A program made the translations under genes and the position numbers. A model generated the notes under the pieces. It had not been told where the DNA came from and did no database searches. It saw nothing but the letters and a program-made list of their open reading frames with translations. This document shows positions 12,404 to 24,467 of a stretch of DNA of 64,000 nucleotides, one piece after another. Source of the stretch: Ginglymostoma cirratum (lineage: Eukaryota); assembly GCA_024137785.1 (NCBI GenBank), contig JAHRHZ010000048.1:10448168-10512167 (forward strand), written 5' to 3'. Numbering within the stretch: position 1 is the first letter of the stretch; every line of letters starts with the position of its first letter.

Positions 12404-14437
12404 GTGCTACATCTGCAAATGTACATGGCGCTTTTTCATATCATTAACCAGAGTAGGGCCAAGAACTGTACAGCCCCTATGTTCATCAGATGTTTTTCAG
12501 CAGTCACATAATTGGCTCCTTTTCATCCATGTATTTCAATGCACGGTATTCCATCTAAATTTCCCAGGGTCTTGGAAGCTGTGCTGGTGCCTGGCACAAG
12601 TGGTGATAGTGTCAGAGGGCATACTGAGATTCTGGCTTTCATGCAGGGACACTAGTTGAGTTAACAGTCTGTTCTTTCAGTCCTAGCAAAAGTTATCACA
12701 ATGCAGCTTCTAATAAGCATCTTTAAGCCCTCCTCTTATTGCAGTATATTTTATGTGAAGCTACTGCAGTTGATTGAGTGCTTCTATGACATTCACACAG
12801 TAGGGTATAGCTATCCGCCTTACTCATTATGGTAATGTCCGTGAGCTCAGGGGAGGGCTCCAGCATCACTGGCCCTCTCTCCCCTGATGCTCTCAATTTC
12901 AATTATTTTCAGGGAGGTCTGGCCAAAAGCAGTCAATGGCTTAAATTGCTTAGGACCACCTCCTGTTTTGGACTGTTTGTTCCTATTAAAAACCAACTTT
13001 TCTGCAAGCAGGAGTGAAAGTACATGGCGGACCGTCAATATTACCCGAGTGCACATTGAATGTACATACACAGGGATATATTACATGCTAGAGATAAAGG
13101 ATATAAAGGCTAATAACATCTCCATCTAGGAACTTAGTTTATAGAGATCACTGAACAGAAAATTAGAGATCTGATCACCTTCATTTCCATCCATTCAAAT
13201 TAAAGAATGGAAAATCTCAGCCTGTAGACCCATGATTGCTAATCAGCATTTCTCTAAATTCAGCTCCTCACTGGGAGTTTATAATCTGGGATCTAACCTT
13301 CTCTATTCTCTATGGAAAGCCCTTTCAGAAATTGTTGTAACGCACACAAATTACAATGAATGCATGTGCAACTTGCATCCAAAACATAAAGCTGAAATGC
13401 AAACAGTTGAAACAAAGTATTGCTTGTCCTGATTCTACATTGGCAGAATTTCACCCAGGTAACCTACTGTGGCTGTTCAGTATCTTCCAGCATTAAGGGA
13501 TTAAACTATTCACAGAGATGATAATTTGTAAGCGTACATATTGTAGCTGTTTGTTATGTAGAGCTCTGCTGCTGGCGTACCTTAGCAAATTTGACACCTT
13601 CCCCATCTCTTTACATCTCCTTGTATGCCTGTCGCAATAACTATTTCTCAGATGAGTGACCATACAATATCTTCACCTTTCCAAGAGGCATCCAATGCTG
13701 GGTACATAAACATCACATTCATTACTGGTCATGCTCACTTCCACACTATTTTGGTTAGTTAGCATGTACTGTAGTCACTTCAGCACTTAAATCACATTTC
13801 ACAATTGTGTGGATTATAACACTTGCCGTGTTGACTGGCTTGCTGTACGCCTGCTTAAAACACATATTTAAGTGCACCAATTGAAACAGAAAATATATAA
13901 TTTGTTGATTCTATGGAATCTTGCTAACTCAAAAGTTATTCCCATGTAATCCTTCTAAGGGATAACAACAATTTCCAGACTATGCTATTTCTATCGTTTC
14001 ACATTAAACGAATGGACTCACATTTTGACAATGTTCTATTCAAACTGGCTACCAGCAGGATAGAATGCAATCCAGCTAGTGCTCCTGCAAACCACATTCA
14101 CATTTTCTGGTTTACTGTGTTTAAAATGCTAAATACTAGTTAACAGTATGGAGTCCACTTCCTTGACTTATTGTGGTTTCTTTACTCACTGTACTATTGT
14201 TTTTTTCCCATAGCTGTTGTAAATTGTTGTTTATTGCACAAACAATCATATTTTGTGATTAATGTCTTTGATGTTGCTTGTATCTGTCAGAGTCATATTT
14301 TACTATTAACATACTTTACTGCAATTTTTGTGATTTTAATAAATAAAATTATGTATTGATTAATGTTTCATCATGATAAATGAGAGATAGTAATCTGTAG
14401 TTTTAAGTTTGATTGAACATTAAGTTTCAGACATAGC

Positions 14438-14565
14438 TCTAAGAACACAGAACTTCAGAGCAGCAGGCCATTTGGCCTTTTCAGTTCTGTTCCATTATTC
14501 AATACGATCATGGCTGATCCGGTGTGGTCTCAGCCCCACTTTCCTGCCTATCCGCATAGCCCTGA
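14438..14565 (-). mobile_element. CR1 3' tail fragment
   Basis: Reverse complement of the tail seen at 25700-25840 (gatcagccatgatcgtattgaat...aaatggcct). Confidence 0.7.
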
Positions 14566-15182
14566 GTGCCTGGACAAAGTAAAGTAGATGCTAAACATTG
14601 ATGTCCTGAAGGCATGTGATGTTGTCTATGGAAAACCCACCATACATGTGCCAATCACTTTGCTGCTTGCACTGCCTGGGAATCATGTAAATTTGCAAGA
14701 TGATGACTGAATCAATTCAGTGCATTTTAAATTCATTTCTTCACTGAAACTTTATTCTATAAAGGTCTTTCATTCTGAAGGCAAAGAACAACATAGACCA
14801 TCATACGAAAGTTGTAGAAATCTTGTGAGAAAACCAGGAAGGAACTTCTCAACCTCAAAACCAAAAGGTTCCATTTTACAACCAAATATTTAACAGTGAG
14901 ACGAGATTGTCACTCGTGAGCAGTGAAAGACTGATTGCGAGCTTCTTTTGACATCTTTTAATACAGATTGCACGATACACATTGTTCTCCTGCCCATAAG
15001 CATCAGCAGCTTTTTCACCAAAACTGAGTGACTTCTAACTAATTCATAATTAGATTAAAACCTTGCAGAATGCACATTTTCTAAACAAAGCTTTGCTTAG
15101 TGCTGTGGCCATTTTACTTTTTCTTTCAAGCGGTCGCTCTGCAGCTAGAGTCCTTTGACTATTTTGTTGCTCTGAACAATGG

Positions 15183-15285
15183 CAACAGCAATTTGCATTT
15201 GCTCACTACCTTTAACATAACTCAATGTCCTAAGGCACTTACAAAAGCATTATTGGATGAAATTTTACACTGGTTTGCATAAGTG
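15183..15285 (-). mobile_element. L2 LINE 3' tail fragment
   Basis: caatttgcatttg..cctttaacata..tgtcctaaggcacttaca resembles the L2 3' end also seen at 51868-51960. Confidence 0.5.
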
Positions 15286-15611
15286 ATTGGCACGTTCACA
15301 GATGTTGGGCTGAACTTTCCCATTTTTAGTTGAAGCATTCTGTTGAGAAAGATTCATGGTGCCACATCCATCTTGGCTTATGGTGACTTTTCGCGAGCAG
15401 TCTTTCACTATCTATCTTATTAATTGTGTGACTGGACTCTTCCATGCCCTTCTTGCACAATTATGAGGTTGGAGAAGTGGTAGTTCTTGCTGCTGCCAAG
15501 ACTTCCTGGTGTTCATACTGCCAGCGCTGTATTTAAATCTCAACTACTTCAAATGCTAGAAGTCAGGAGTTGCCCCTATCTTTGTGGTGTTCATCAATTA
15601 TCTCTGAGGAC

Positions 15612-15797
15612 ATGGTTCAGAAAGTAAGGCTTGCTCTCTGCTTCTTAGACCTAGAGGTGCCCATGAACAAAGTGTTGGAGAGGCGGGCAGACATTTTTCC
15701 CTATGATGGTCGCAAGATCCACCAGATCCAGCTAGCTTAGGTCGACATAATGAACTGGGTGAGCACAGTGTCCCAGGCTCGAAGTAACTCCCAGAAG
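15612..15797 (+). pseudogene. Decayed Myb/SANT-like DNA-binding exon of a Harbinger element (NAIF1/MSANTD-like)
   Basis: MVQKVRLALCFLDLEVPMNKVLERRADIFPYDGRKIHQIQLA*VDIMNWVSTVSQARSNSQK followed by gtaagt donor; the stop sits where the conserved Trp (AW) is expected; GGGCTGAACTTT end motif upstream at about 15307. Confidence 0.6.
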
Positions 15798-16599
15798 GTA
15801 AGTGACACCACTTCCTCTCTGCCATTTCATACTCACAAGCCCATCACTCACTTGAACTCGGCCACTACTCAAAACATTGTACAAGGGTGCATTGACAACA
15901 ACTCTCTCTATTGCTTGCATCATATCAATACCATCACTCTTAACCACTTCATCCTCCCAAACTGCTAGCCTTTCAACTTCCTACTCACTCACTGAGGACA
16001 CCTCTCCACTTCTCCTGCTGCTGCATCACCACTAATTGCTTTTCAATTCACTCCCAGCATACACAATCCACTCTTTCTCTTAAAAGTTTGGCCTGAAGAA
16101 CTGAACGTGTCCCAACCCCGGACTACAAGGACATGGATCCCCAGATCAAGCTTTTGACTGACAATTACTGTGAATCTGGATTGAAATCAGAACAGCCTGT
16201 GACTGACTGTAGTCCCCTTGACTCCACTATTTGATGGCTAAACTCTGTCTTTCAGGCATGACCATTAGCTTGAAGCAGGTGCAATTGTGCTTGTTACAAA
16301 GGCTGCTGGATAAGCTGTAGGTGAAAAATTGAAGTAACCCAGTGCCACACAGTAACATATCCATCTCCATGACTGTTCAGTTTTCCCCACTATAACAGGC
16401 TAGCTGCTTCTCCCGCTATATGAAATAAAATGTAAGGCATTGAAGCTGGCAGCCTCCAAGTAAGTGCAAAGTAAGGAGCACTTAGAAAGCAAGCTGAGTA
16501 ATGATATAATTTAATAACTTAATTCCTTTATTTTTCTAGTTTAAATTAAGAAGGACTTTAATGTAAACTATTACCTCATTTATTTATTTTTCTACTTAT

Positions 16600-16795
16600 T
16601 CTGTGAAGGTAACACTACTTTTTAACTCAGCTTCTCTTACTTCTTGGTACCTGAGTTTTTTGTACTGAAGTACCTTTGTACCTAAGATGGCGCTGTGTGT
16701 AGCGACGTTATGCACTATTCACTGTACTCCCATACTTGAGTACATGAGGCAATTAAATCTAAACCTAAATCTAAATGCCATAAGATGCATCATCT
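16600..16795 (+). mobile_element. Non-LTR 3' UTR fragment with (CTAAAT)n-like tail, possibly Rex1/Babar-like
   Basis: gtacctaagatggcgc...ttgagtacatgaggcaattaaa then tctaaa repeats; homologous copy on the minus strand at 50318-50458. Confidence 0.5.
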
Positions 16796-17244
16796 AAAGA
16801 ATCCCTGCATATAAAGTGGCCTGGGAGAAGCATACAGGTCTTAGGTATCCCCAAGCTCCAAAGTAAAGAGTTGATGTTCTGAAATGGTGTGTGAGTTGGT
16901 TCAAAAACAGCCATAGTAATGTGGTGAGGCTGATGGCTTTTGGATACCAACTTGTAGGGATAACAGGTCAGGGAAGATAGCAGCACTGCTAGTTTCTTAG
17001 GGAAAGAGAGGAGACTTGTAAATGAGTCAGAAATGAGGCTAGTTGGGCTGAGACGCAAATGCATGAAAATTATTATTTGTGAGATCCTGAAGTCACTGCT
17101 TAAAGTTCAAGAGGAATTTGTTGTTGACATCTAGAGTCTGCTTTTACACATCCTCACAATATTTTCCCAGTTTTCTTACATTGCCCTCATCAGTCCAGAG
17201 AGGGAAACATTCCACCAGTTAACATCGATGACGGAATGCTCATA

Positions 17245-17475
17245 ATCTTAGCCAAAGAGGCAGGTTGTAGGTTGCATCTTAAAGGAAGAGAGAAAAGTAT
17301 TGAGACAGAGAGGTTTAGAGAAGAAATTCTAGAACTTAGGATTTTGCAGCTGAAAGGCTGAATATGATTGACTGATTGAAATTGTGTAAATATAAGCTGC
17401 CAGAATTTGAAGAATGCAGAGATCTCAGGTGTTTGCAAGACTACAAGAAGTTGCAGAGATGGAGAGGAAAGAACT
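17245..17475 (-). mobile_element. L2 LINE ORF2 3' fragment
   Basis: Purine-rich tract cttaaaggaagagag..gagaggtttag..gcagctgaaagg..ccagaatttgaag..gcagagatctc, collinear with 52000-52200. Confidence 0.65.
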
Positions 17476-19422
17476 TCAAGGTCATAGAGCCTCTCCCAAC
17501 TTTTTGTGCATATAGGTAAAGCATAAATGTAGACTTACATCAAACATCTGTACAAGGAAAATGCCATAGACAATTTACTAACATTATGATTTTCATTACA
17601 AGGGAACCTTGTAGTGCTTCTAGATATTTTCTAATTTTGTCTGTTGTTACTTGATCCCTAATGAGTTAATATAAATTATCCCTAAAGGTGCAGTATACCC
17701 ATTGGAACATAGCACTCCTTTCAAATCAATGAGGAGCACATTGGTTTGATTTTTGAGAGGATTTTAGTAATGCCTTTTTTTTCTAGCAACTTGATACAAC
17801 TTATTTTGCCAGCAGCAGAGTATTTGTCCGTATACTTCTTGAGAGAAAGGCAAATGTATCCATTCAATGGGGATGTATGCCATATTTCCATTCTTTGTGG
17901 GCAGGTAGTATTAGGAAATTGGTCTTTATGGGCTGAACTTTTGCTTTTACATTGGAAGTACAGATGTGAGGAAACAGCTTACACCCTTATCTCTCATCAC
18001 TCACTCTCCATGCCCCATCCATACCAATTCATATCGTCTCATGTTCCCTCCCATTCCCATGACATCTCATACCCTTATGTCAATCCATTCCTCACTACCT
18101 TTTCCCAGGATCCCTTGTATTTCCCTTTCTCCCTATTCCCTTTTACACACACTTCACTTTCCTCATACCCCCATGCCAACCTAGCTTCTGTACATACCTT
18201 GTTCCTATGACATCATGTGCCAACCTGTTCTCGTCGATCCATATCATTGTTACTTTACACTTTTGGTGTCAACTTAGTGCAAACTTATGCCAACACATGC
18301 CCCCACCCACCATTCCTGGCCATTAATAATTTCCACACCAGTTCAACCTGTCTCCACCATAGGCAGACTGAAAGAGCCATGCTGAAATGAAAATAATACA
18401 AAGCTCTTGTATATATTACAAAGATTGCTTTTTTTTTAAAAGAACTCTCATTCATATAAGAGCTCATTCAATAAATGTAAATTTCTTCAAGCATTTAATT
18501 CCTTATAAAAACAAGCATTTGATTCAACTACTTAATCTTTTAATAAAAGCAATCATTTGTATTCATCGACTCACATCAAATACTTTAAAACTGTGTATTG
18601 CTGTCATCAGTACTTCCTATGTATGCATTCCTCCAGGACTTGCGTGATGTAGAGTGGATGAGGACAGCCACTTTGTCATCTAACCAGAAGAGTCTCTTGT
18701 CATAAACATGATATAGTTTATTAAATCTCTATAATTATTTACACGTAATGAGGATTTAGTATACATTATATCCTGGTGTTAGGTCTGATGCCTTCAAGAT
18801 TATCAGTTCCATTCCCAGTCGTCAGGATATCATTGCAGGAGGTGGCGCTAATGGTACTCATTCAGTGTTAACACTTCCAGACCCTTTCAGACCCATATTC
18901 AACAATAACCACTCAAAGCTGTCATGCAAACTGTGAACCAATATGCACCCCAATGTACGAATGATTGGTTCCAGAATCAGTCATGTAGCATAAATCCTAT
19001 AATGAGAGCACTCAGGTCTATATCAATAACCTGAGGACTTTTTTAGAATATTTCCTCATTTTTACACTTCTTTTAATTTAAAAGGCAGGAGATTTAAATT
19101 CCTCAAAACTTAACAGTTTCTCAGTGGTTATCCATTTTTTATGCACATTCACATTTACACTTCCTAATTCCAATGTAAATCTTACGATTCCAATCAAATC
19201 CCCAGACTTCTTCAAAGGGTAACCTACTTTACAAATATCTTGACAACTTTAGATCTTTTCCTCAATGGTCTATTACCCAATGTTTCAGGTGTCCCATTAA
19301 CAAAGTCTGAACCCATATGAAGGCAGCTGCAGTTTTCAGTGTGCAGCTGCCTCCCTGAGCTATATCTATGCAAACTACAATCCTGAGTTTGTAGACATGC
19401 TCACTGAGCCAATGGGTTTGAT

Positions 19423-19464
19423 TGCAAATGTTTCATCATCCTGCTAGGTAACATTGTCAGTGCA
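19423..19464 (-). ncRNA. Decayed minimal hammerhead-like motif in the inverted pseudo-LTR
   Basis: UGCA-CUGACAA-U-GUUACC(UAGCAG)GAUGAU-GAAA-CA-UU-UGCA; G8 mutated. Confidence 0.5.
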
Positions 19465-19731
19465 CCTCCAGTGAAATGTCTCACTACACACGGACAACAA
19501 GGGACACAAATTCGACTGGGACATCACATCGATAATCACACAAGCCAAACAGAGACACGCCAGGGAATTCCTGGAGGCCTGGTGTTCCAAACAGAACTCC
19601 ATCAACAAACACATTGAATTCGACCCTGTGTACAAACCACTAAGAAACAAAACTGAAAGTGATACCAATCACCCCAGCAAACTGAGGCATATAAATAACA
19701 AGCGGGACAGAACATTGACATTTCACTGGAA

Positions 19732-19774
19732 GCACATTGACGATGTTACATAGCAGGGTGACAAAACGTTTGCA
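19732..19774 (+). ncRNA. Decayed minimal hammerhead-like motif in the Penelope 3' UTR
   Basis: UUGACGA-U-GUUACA(UAGCAG)GGUGAC-AAAA-CG-UU-UGCA; C3 and G12 mutated, ACGU palindrome kept. Confidence 0.5.
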
Positions 19775-20401
19775 ACTAAACCCACCGGTTCGGCAAGCAA
19801 GTCTACAACTTCATCCACAACCCGAGTTACAAATCTTCTCAAAAACTTTAAACTACAACCCTTCCATGTTATTCCCACCCCATTTCTGGTAAATTAAAAT
19901 GTGGTTACTTAGTCCAGAGGCAGGACTTCAGATTAGGGCTGTGACGCCACTTTAGCTAAACTAGAAACCTGTTCTGTCCTCATGTAATCTCAATTCTAAA
20001 AATGTCTTGAGGAGAGAGGAAACGGTTTTCACCTCATAAACAACCATGCTACTACTGAAAATTATTGAAAACCAGCCTCTGCATGCAAAAAATTATAATC
20101 TTCCATTTCCATCTTGACCAGCCGGATGCCTTGGCCAGACACTGTTCCTTCCAGGACACCCTCCTCCACTCCTCCATTTCCACACACTCCCATGACACCT
20201 TCCCATGCAATCGCAGAATGTGTAACTCCAGTCCATTAACCTTCACCCACCTCACCATCCAAGTCTCCGGGGCATACCTTCCATTTGAAATCCAGTTGCC
20301 TGCTGCTTCAAGACATCACCATGTTCCCTGACCAACATTCCTATTGCAGGCCTGCTTGCAGCGATCCAGCAAGCCTCAGTGCAGGCTCAAAGACCGCCAT
20401 C

Positions 20402-21093
20402 TTTGAAGTTCACGCCACATATAGACAGGGTGGTTAAAAAGACATTTGGCACGCTTGCCTTCGTTGCTCAGTCCTTTGAGTACAGGAGTTGGGAAGTCAA
20501 GTTGAAGTTGTACAGGACATTAGTGAGGCTGAACAGAACATTGGTAAGGCCTCTTCTGGAATTCTGTGTCCAGTTTTGGTCACCCAGTCTTAGGAAGGAT
20601 ATTATCAAGCTGGAGAGGGTTCGGGATGTTGCAGGTATGGAAGGTTTGAGTTATAAAGAAAGGTTGGATACGCTTAGACTTTTTTCACTGGAGTGTAGGA
20701 GGTTGAGAAACAACCTGATAGAAGTTCATAAAATGATGAGGGGTATAGATAGAGTTAATGGTAGTTATCTTTTCCTTAGAGTGGGAGATTTCAAGATTAG
20801 GGAGCATATTTTTAAAGTGAGGGGAGAGAGATTTAAACAAGACATAATGGGCAATTTTTTTACTCAGAAGGTGGTTTGCGTATGGAAGAAATGTCCTGAG
20901 GAAGTGGTGGATGTAGGTACAGTTACAACATTTAAAAGACATTTAGATAAGTACATGAATAAGAAAGGTTTGGAGGGATATGGGCAAGGAGCAGGGAGAT
21001 GGGACTAGTTTAGTTTGGAATTATGCTTGGCATGGACTGGTTGGACCAATGGATCTGTTTCCTTGCTGTTTGACTCTACGACTCCATGACTCT
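20402..21093 (+). mobile_element. CR1 LINE 3' fragment nested in the PLE
   Basis: Long open frame with VRPLLEFCVQFWSPSLRKDIIKLERV, LFSLECRRLRNNLIEVHKMMRG and FFTQKVVCVWKKCP..FKRHLDKYM; ends in a (GACTCTAT)-like microsatellite tail. Confidence 0.93.
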
Positions 21094-21445
21094 GTTTTAT
21101 TTTCCCCTTTGGAACCTTGCAGCCCCAAAGACTCAACATCAAGTTCAACAACTCTGATTTCATCCTTCCATGTTTTTTACCCATTCCCACAACCTGGTCC
21201 TGTCAAGACATGGGTTGCATTCAGCATAGCCTACCAATTTTCTCTTACTCCCAGCTGACATTATCATTTATGCAGCTTCTCTGCTGCCCTGGCCTACTAT
21301 CAATAATTCCTTTGTCTGCTTATCCCTGTCATATATCTCTTTCTCTGTGCTCCATCTCCAACAATCTGCTCACCCCTACCCCAATATCTCACAAGGTCCC
21401 CAACCTAGTCTTCAACCTAAGTACTATTTTTCTCCTGGCTGCTAT

Positions 21446-21484
21446 CAATTCTGATGAAGAGTCTCTGGACTCAAAAGGTTAACT
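21446..21484 (+). ncRNA. Decayed minimal hammerhead-like motif at the Neptune-like PLE 3' end
   Basis: CUGAUGA-A-GAGUC(UCUG)GACUC-AAAA-GG-UU-AACU; perfect 5-bp stem II, G12 mutated. Confidence 0.5.
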
Positions 21485-22926
21485 CTGCTTTCTCCCCACA
21501 GAAGTTGCCAGACTTCTGCCAGAGTTTTGCCAGCAATTTCTGTTTTAACTTCCAAAACTGATAGGCAGATTGACATGGTGATGCATGAACCAAAAAGTAT
21601 AATATAAGACATTCTGGATTTCCCCAAACAAGCAATGCTCCAGAAACAATTTCTGATCTTTACTGAGGTCAGATTTTTTCAGCTGCTGCTTTGAATTTTT
21701 ATGATCCTGTAGCACTTTATATCTAGAAATATCTACATTTTAATTGCATCGAAATATGTTTGTGGATTTGGATATTTTTCCGAGTCTTCCCGCTTTGTAC
21801 ATAAAATCCAATTTAGTTCAAGCTCAACTTTTAACCCAGCATGCAATTACTTTAACATTGAAAAATTCAGTCAGGCAAATGTTTATTCATTTTATCTTAA
21901 CCTTTAAAAGATACACTGATAAGTGTGACAATGGTCTGCTTAGGAGTGACGCAGTAAAGCTATTGTACCATCCTTGGGCTGCTTGGTATGTGCAGAGTTC
22001 ACCTGCAAGGTCAGTGGAGCTGGTGGCAGTATCCTTATATTGATTTTTAGTATACAATACTCGTCTCCTTGAGATGTCTATATATCTTCCATGGACAGTG
22101 CAAGGGGATTATGCAGCTTTGGAAGTTTTAGACACAGTTTCTATCAACACTGTTGTTACAAATAAGAGTAATCATTTTCAAAGTGCCATTGATAGACAAT
22201 AAAGTCACCATCGATCAAGAGTATGAACAATTGGAAAAGATTTCAGAGCTGTGCATACTGACATTAAATCCTTTGCATTCTCTTTGATAGTTACTTGGTT
22301 CTTTTCTTCTGTCCTTTACTTCAGCTTTACTTCTGAAAGATAAATATTTCCATTTATTCTGAACACTGTGCTACAGATTCTACTGTTCCTGACATGATAA
22401 TTCACTGCGCCAAAAGCACCAGCTGACTCTCTGTGGAACTGCTCAGACTGGGTTTGACATACGTGCAGTTTCATGTCATGTAATGTTCTTTTAAATGACA
22501 ATGGTTCTTCTCCAGAGGCATTGCATTCAGCCAAACAATGTGCAGTTTTGAAAGACAGTGACATTGTCTTGTATCATAGAATCATAAAATCGGGCAGCAC
22601 ACAACAAATTCACTTAGCCCATCACATCTGGGTCATTGCTCTGAAAAAGCTACAAATTAGACACAGTCCAAGCTATTTCCACAAAGTCTGCAATTTCTAT
22701 TTCTCCACACCCCCACAACCCCACAACCCGTTAAGTACAGCTCCAAATCCTTTTAAGAGTTAAGACCATATCGGCTGGAATCCAGATTACCACATGATAG
22801 GCAATGTATTAATCCAATAGAAAGTTGTCAGTGTTGTCAGTGTGCTGACAACACATTCCTTGAGGACCACAAGTATGATAGTTATAGAAAAGCAACGTAA
22901 TTCAGATGTTGCAGATATGAAATTTT

Positions 22927-23635
22927 GTTTGTGTGTGCTGAGATGGTTACTATTGAAGTTCAGTACCTGGTCTGTGTGTGTGGCTTTTCGGTGTACTTTT
23001 GTTTGCAGTTCCCCATTTGTCTTGCGCTCCACCATGACGTCCAGGAATGGGAGTTGTTTGTTCTTCTCCTCCTCTCTGGTGAATTTTATTCCGGTGGGGG
23101 TGTTGTTTATGAGTTTGTGCCTCTCTTCTAATTTGGTCTGTTTAATGATGACAAAGGTGTCGTCTACGTAGCGTATCCATAGTTTAGGTTGGATTTGCGG
23201 AAGGGCAGTCCTTTCCAGTCTTTGCATCACTGTTTCTGCTATGAGTCCGGAGATAGGCGATCCCATGGGTGTCCTATTGATTTGCTCGTATGTTTGGCTG
23301 TTGAAGGTGAAGTGGGTGGTCAGGCGTCATTCCAGTAGTTTAAGCAGGTTGTCCTTGGAGATGGTTTCACTGGGGTCGTGTTCTTGTTCAAGTAGTGTTG
23401 TCATTGTTTCCCTTACTAGTGGTATGTCTATTGACGTGAATAGGGTGGTGGCATCAAACGATATCATGGTCTCTTTGTCCTCTATCTTTATGTCTTTGAT
23501 GGAGTTGAGGAATTCTTGGGCTGAGTGGATAGAGTGGGGTGACTTGTTGACTAGGTGCTTGAGTCTTCTTTGTAGTTTTCAGGCTAATCTGTGCGATGGA
23601 CTGTCTGGTAGGGAGACTATGGGTCTGAGGGGGAC
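22927..23635 (-). mobile_element. Penelope-clade PLE reverse transcriptase segment (inverted 5' part of the insertion)
   Basis: VPLRPIVS..SFDATTLFTSID..YEQINRTPMGSPISGLIAE..WIRYVDDTF..LPFLDVMV..HRKATHT..NHLSTHK; two in-frame stops. Confidence 0.93.
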
Positions 23636-24467
23636 AAATGAAGCTGCATGCGAACAGTATTTAAAAGGGCAACAACACACTGCAGCAACACAGAACTATG
23701 CCAAAAGGAAGCAGAATACCTCTTCCAAGTGTTCAAGGATAATGGATATCCATTATATCCAAAGAACTGGGTCAGGAGATGCCTACAGGAACAGCATCAA
23801 AAAGATTCTACATGCCCTGACACACTCATCGCACTACCCTACATCAGGAACACGTCGGAACTCACCTCAAGTCTTCTACAGCTGCTGGGCATCAGAGTGG
23901 CACACAAACCCACATACGACAAGTGCTCACCCGAACTAAAGACCCACTCCCTGCCATGGACAAGACCAATGTCGTCTACAAAATCCCCTGCAGAGACTGC
24001 AAAAAACACTACATCGGACAAACAGGAAGGAAATTAACAACAAGAGTACATGAACACCAACTGGCTACAAAAAGACACGACCAATACGCACTCATCTCAA
24101 TCCTCATGGACGAGGAGAACCACAACTTCGACTGGGACAACACCAAGATCCTGGGATAGGCTAGGCAGAGACAAGCACTAGAATTCCTGGAAGTATGGCA
24201 CTCCACGAAGCAGGCTATTAATAAACACATTGAACTCGACCCCATATACATTCCACTACGGAGGAAACCCGGAAGTGAGGCAATCCATCGCGATGGACCC
24301 CAGAGTTTTAAAGCCAGGTGGGAAAACACACCAACGCTTCATCAGAGGCTGCACTGAGGATGTTACCAAGCACGGTAATGAAACATTTGCGGAACAACAA
24401 ACCAGCTCGGTGAGCCAACCAACCTCAACACGCACAACCCGGGCTACAAATCTACTCCAAAACCTTA
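23634..24467 (+). mobile_element. Penelope-clade PLE thumb, GIY-YIG endonuclease and 3' UTR (forward part of the same insertion)
   Basis: SCMRTVFKRATTHCS..NGYP..LPYIRNTSE, then NVVYKIPCRDCKKHYIGQTGRKLTTRVHEH..FDWDNTKIL..EFLEVWHS; frameshift and stops present. Confidence 0.93.
24349..24392 (+). ncRNA. Minimal type I hammerhead ribozyme-like motif in the Penelope 3' UTR
   Basis: Stem I CUGCA/UGCGG, core CUGAGGA (24354-24360), stem II GUUACC(AAGCAC)GGUAAU, GAAA (24380-24383), then CA-UU. Confidence 0.65.

Larger units (their letters stand above)
19385..19849 (+). mobile_element. Penelope-clade PLE 3' fragment with an inverted copy of its 3' UTR (pseudo-LTR) at the 5' end
   Basis: 19481-19650 reads SLHTDNKGHKFDWDITSIITQAKQRHAREFLEAWCSKQNSINKHIEFDPVYKPLR (GIY-YIG C-terminal region). 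19385-19480 is the reverse complement of about 19717-19813. Flanked by aaactacaa(t/c)cct direct repeats. Confidence 0.88.
20110..21550 (+). mobile_element. Decayed Neptune-like PLE 3' part, interrupted by a CR1
   Basis: SFQDTLLHS..DTFPCNRRMCNSSP..LTIQ (Cys-rich linker), then QCRLKDRHL before the CR1 and IFPFGTLQPQRLNIKFNN after it (GIY-YIG end), a pyrimidine-rich UTR, and a hammerhead-like tail at about 21446-21484. Confidence 0.7.

Noticed and set aside
17746-18210. 154-aa His/Pro/Ser-rich ORF
   Set aside because: Produced by a low-complexity C/T-rich tract with few stop codons; probably decayed transposon interior.
19321-19352. Perfect 11-bp hairpin aggcagctgca..tgcagctgcct
   Set aside because: Too short and built on a self-complementary CAGCTG word; no supporting context.
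20379-21008. 209-aa ORF as a host gene
   Set aside because: It is a CR1 ORF2 C-terminal fragment.
23241-23939. 232-aa ORF, the longest in the track
   Set aside because: Antisense read-through of the inverted Penelope RT joined to an off-frame read of the forward half; not a gene.
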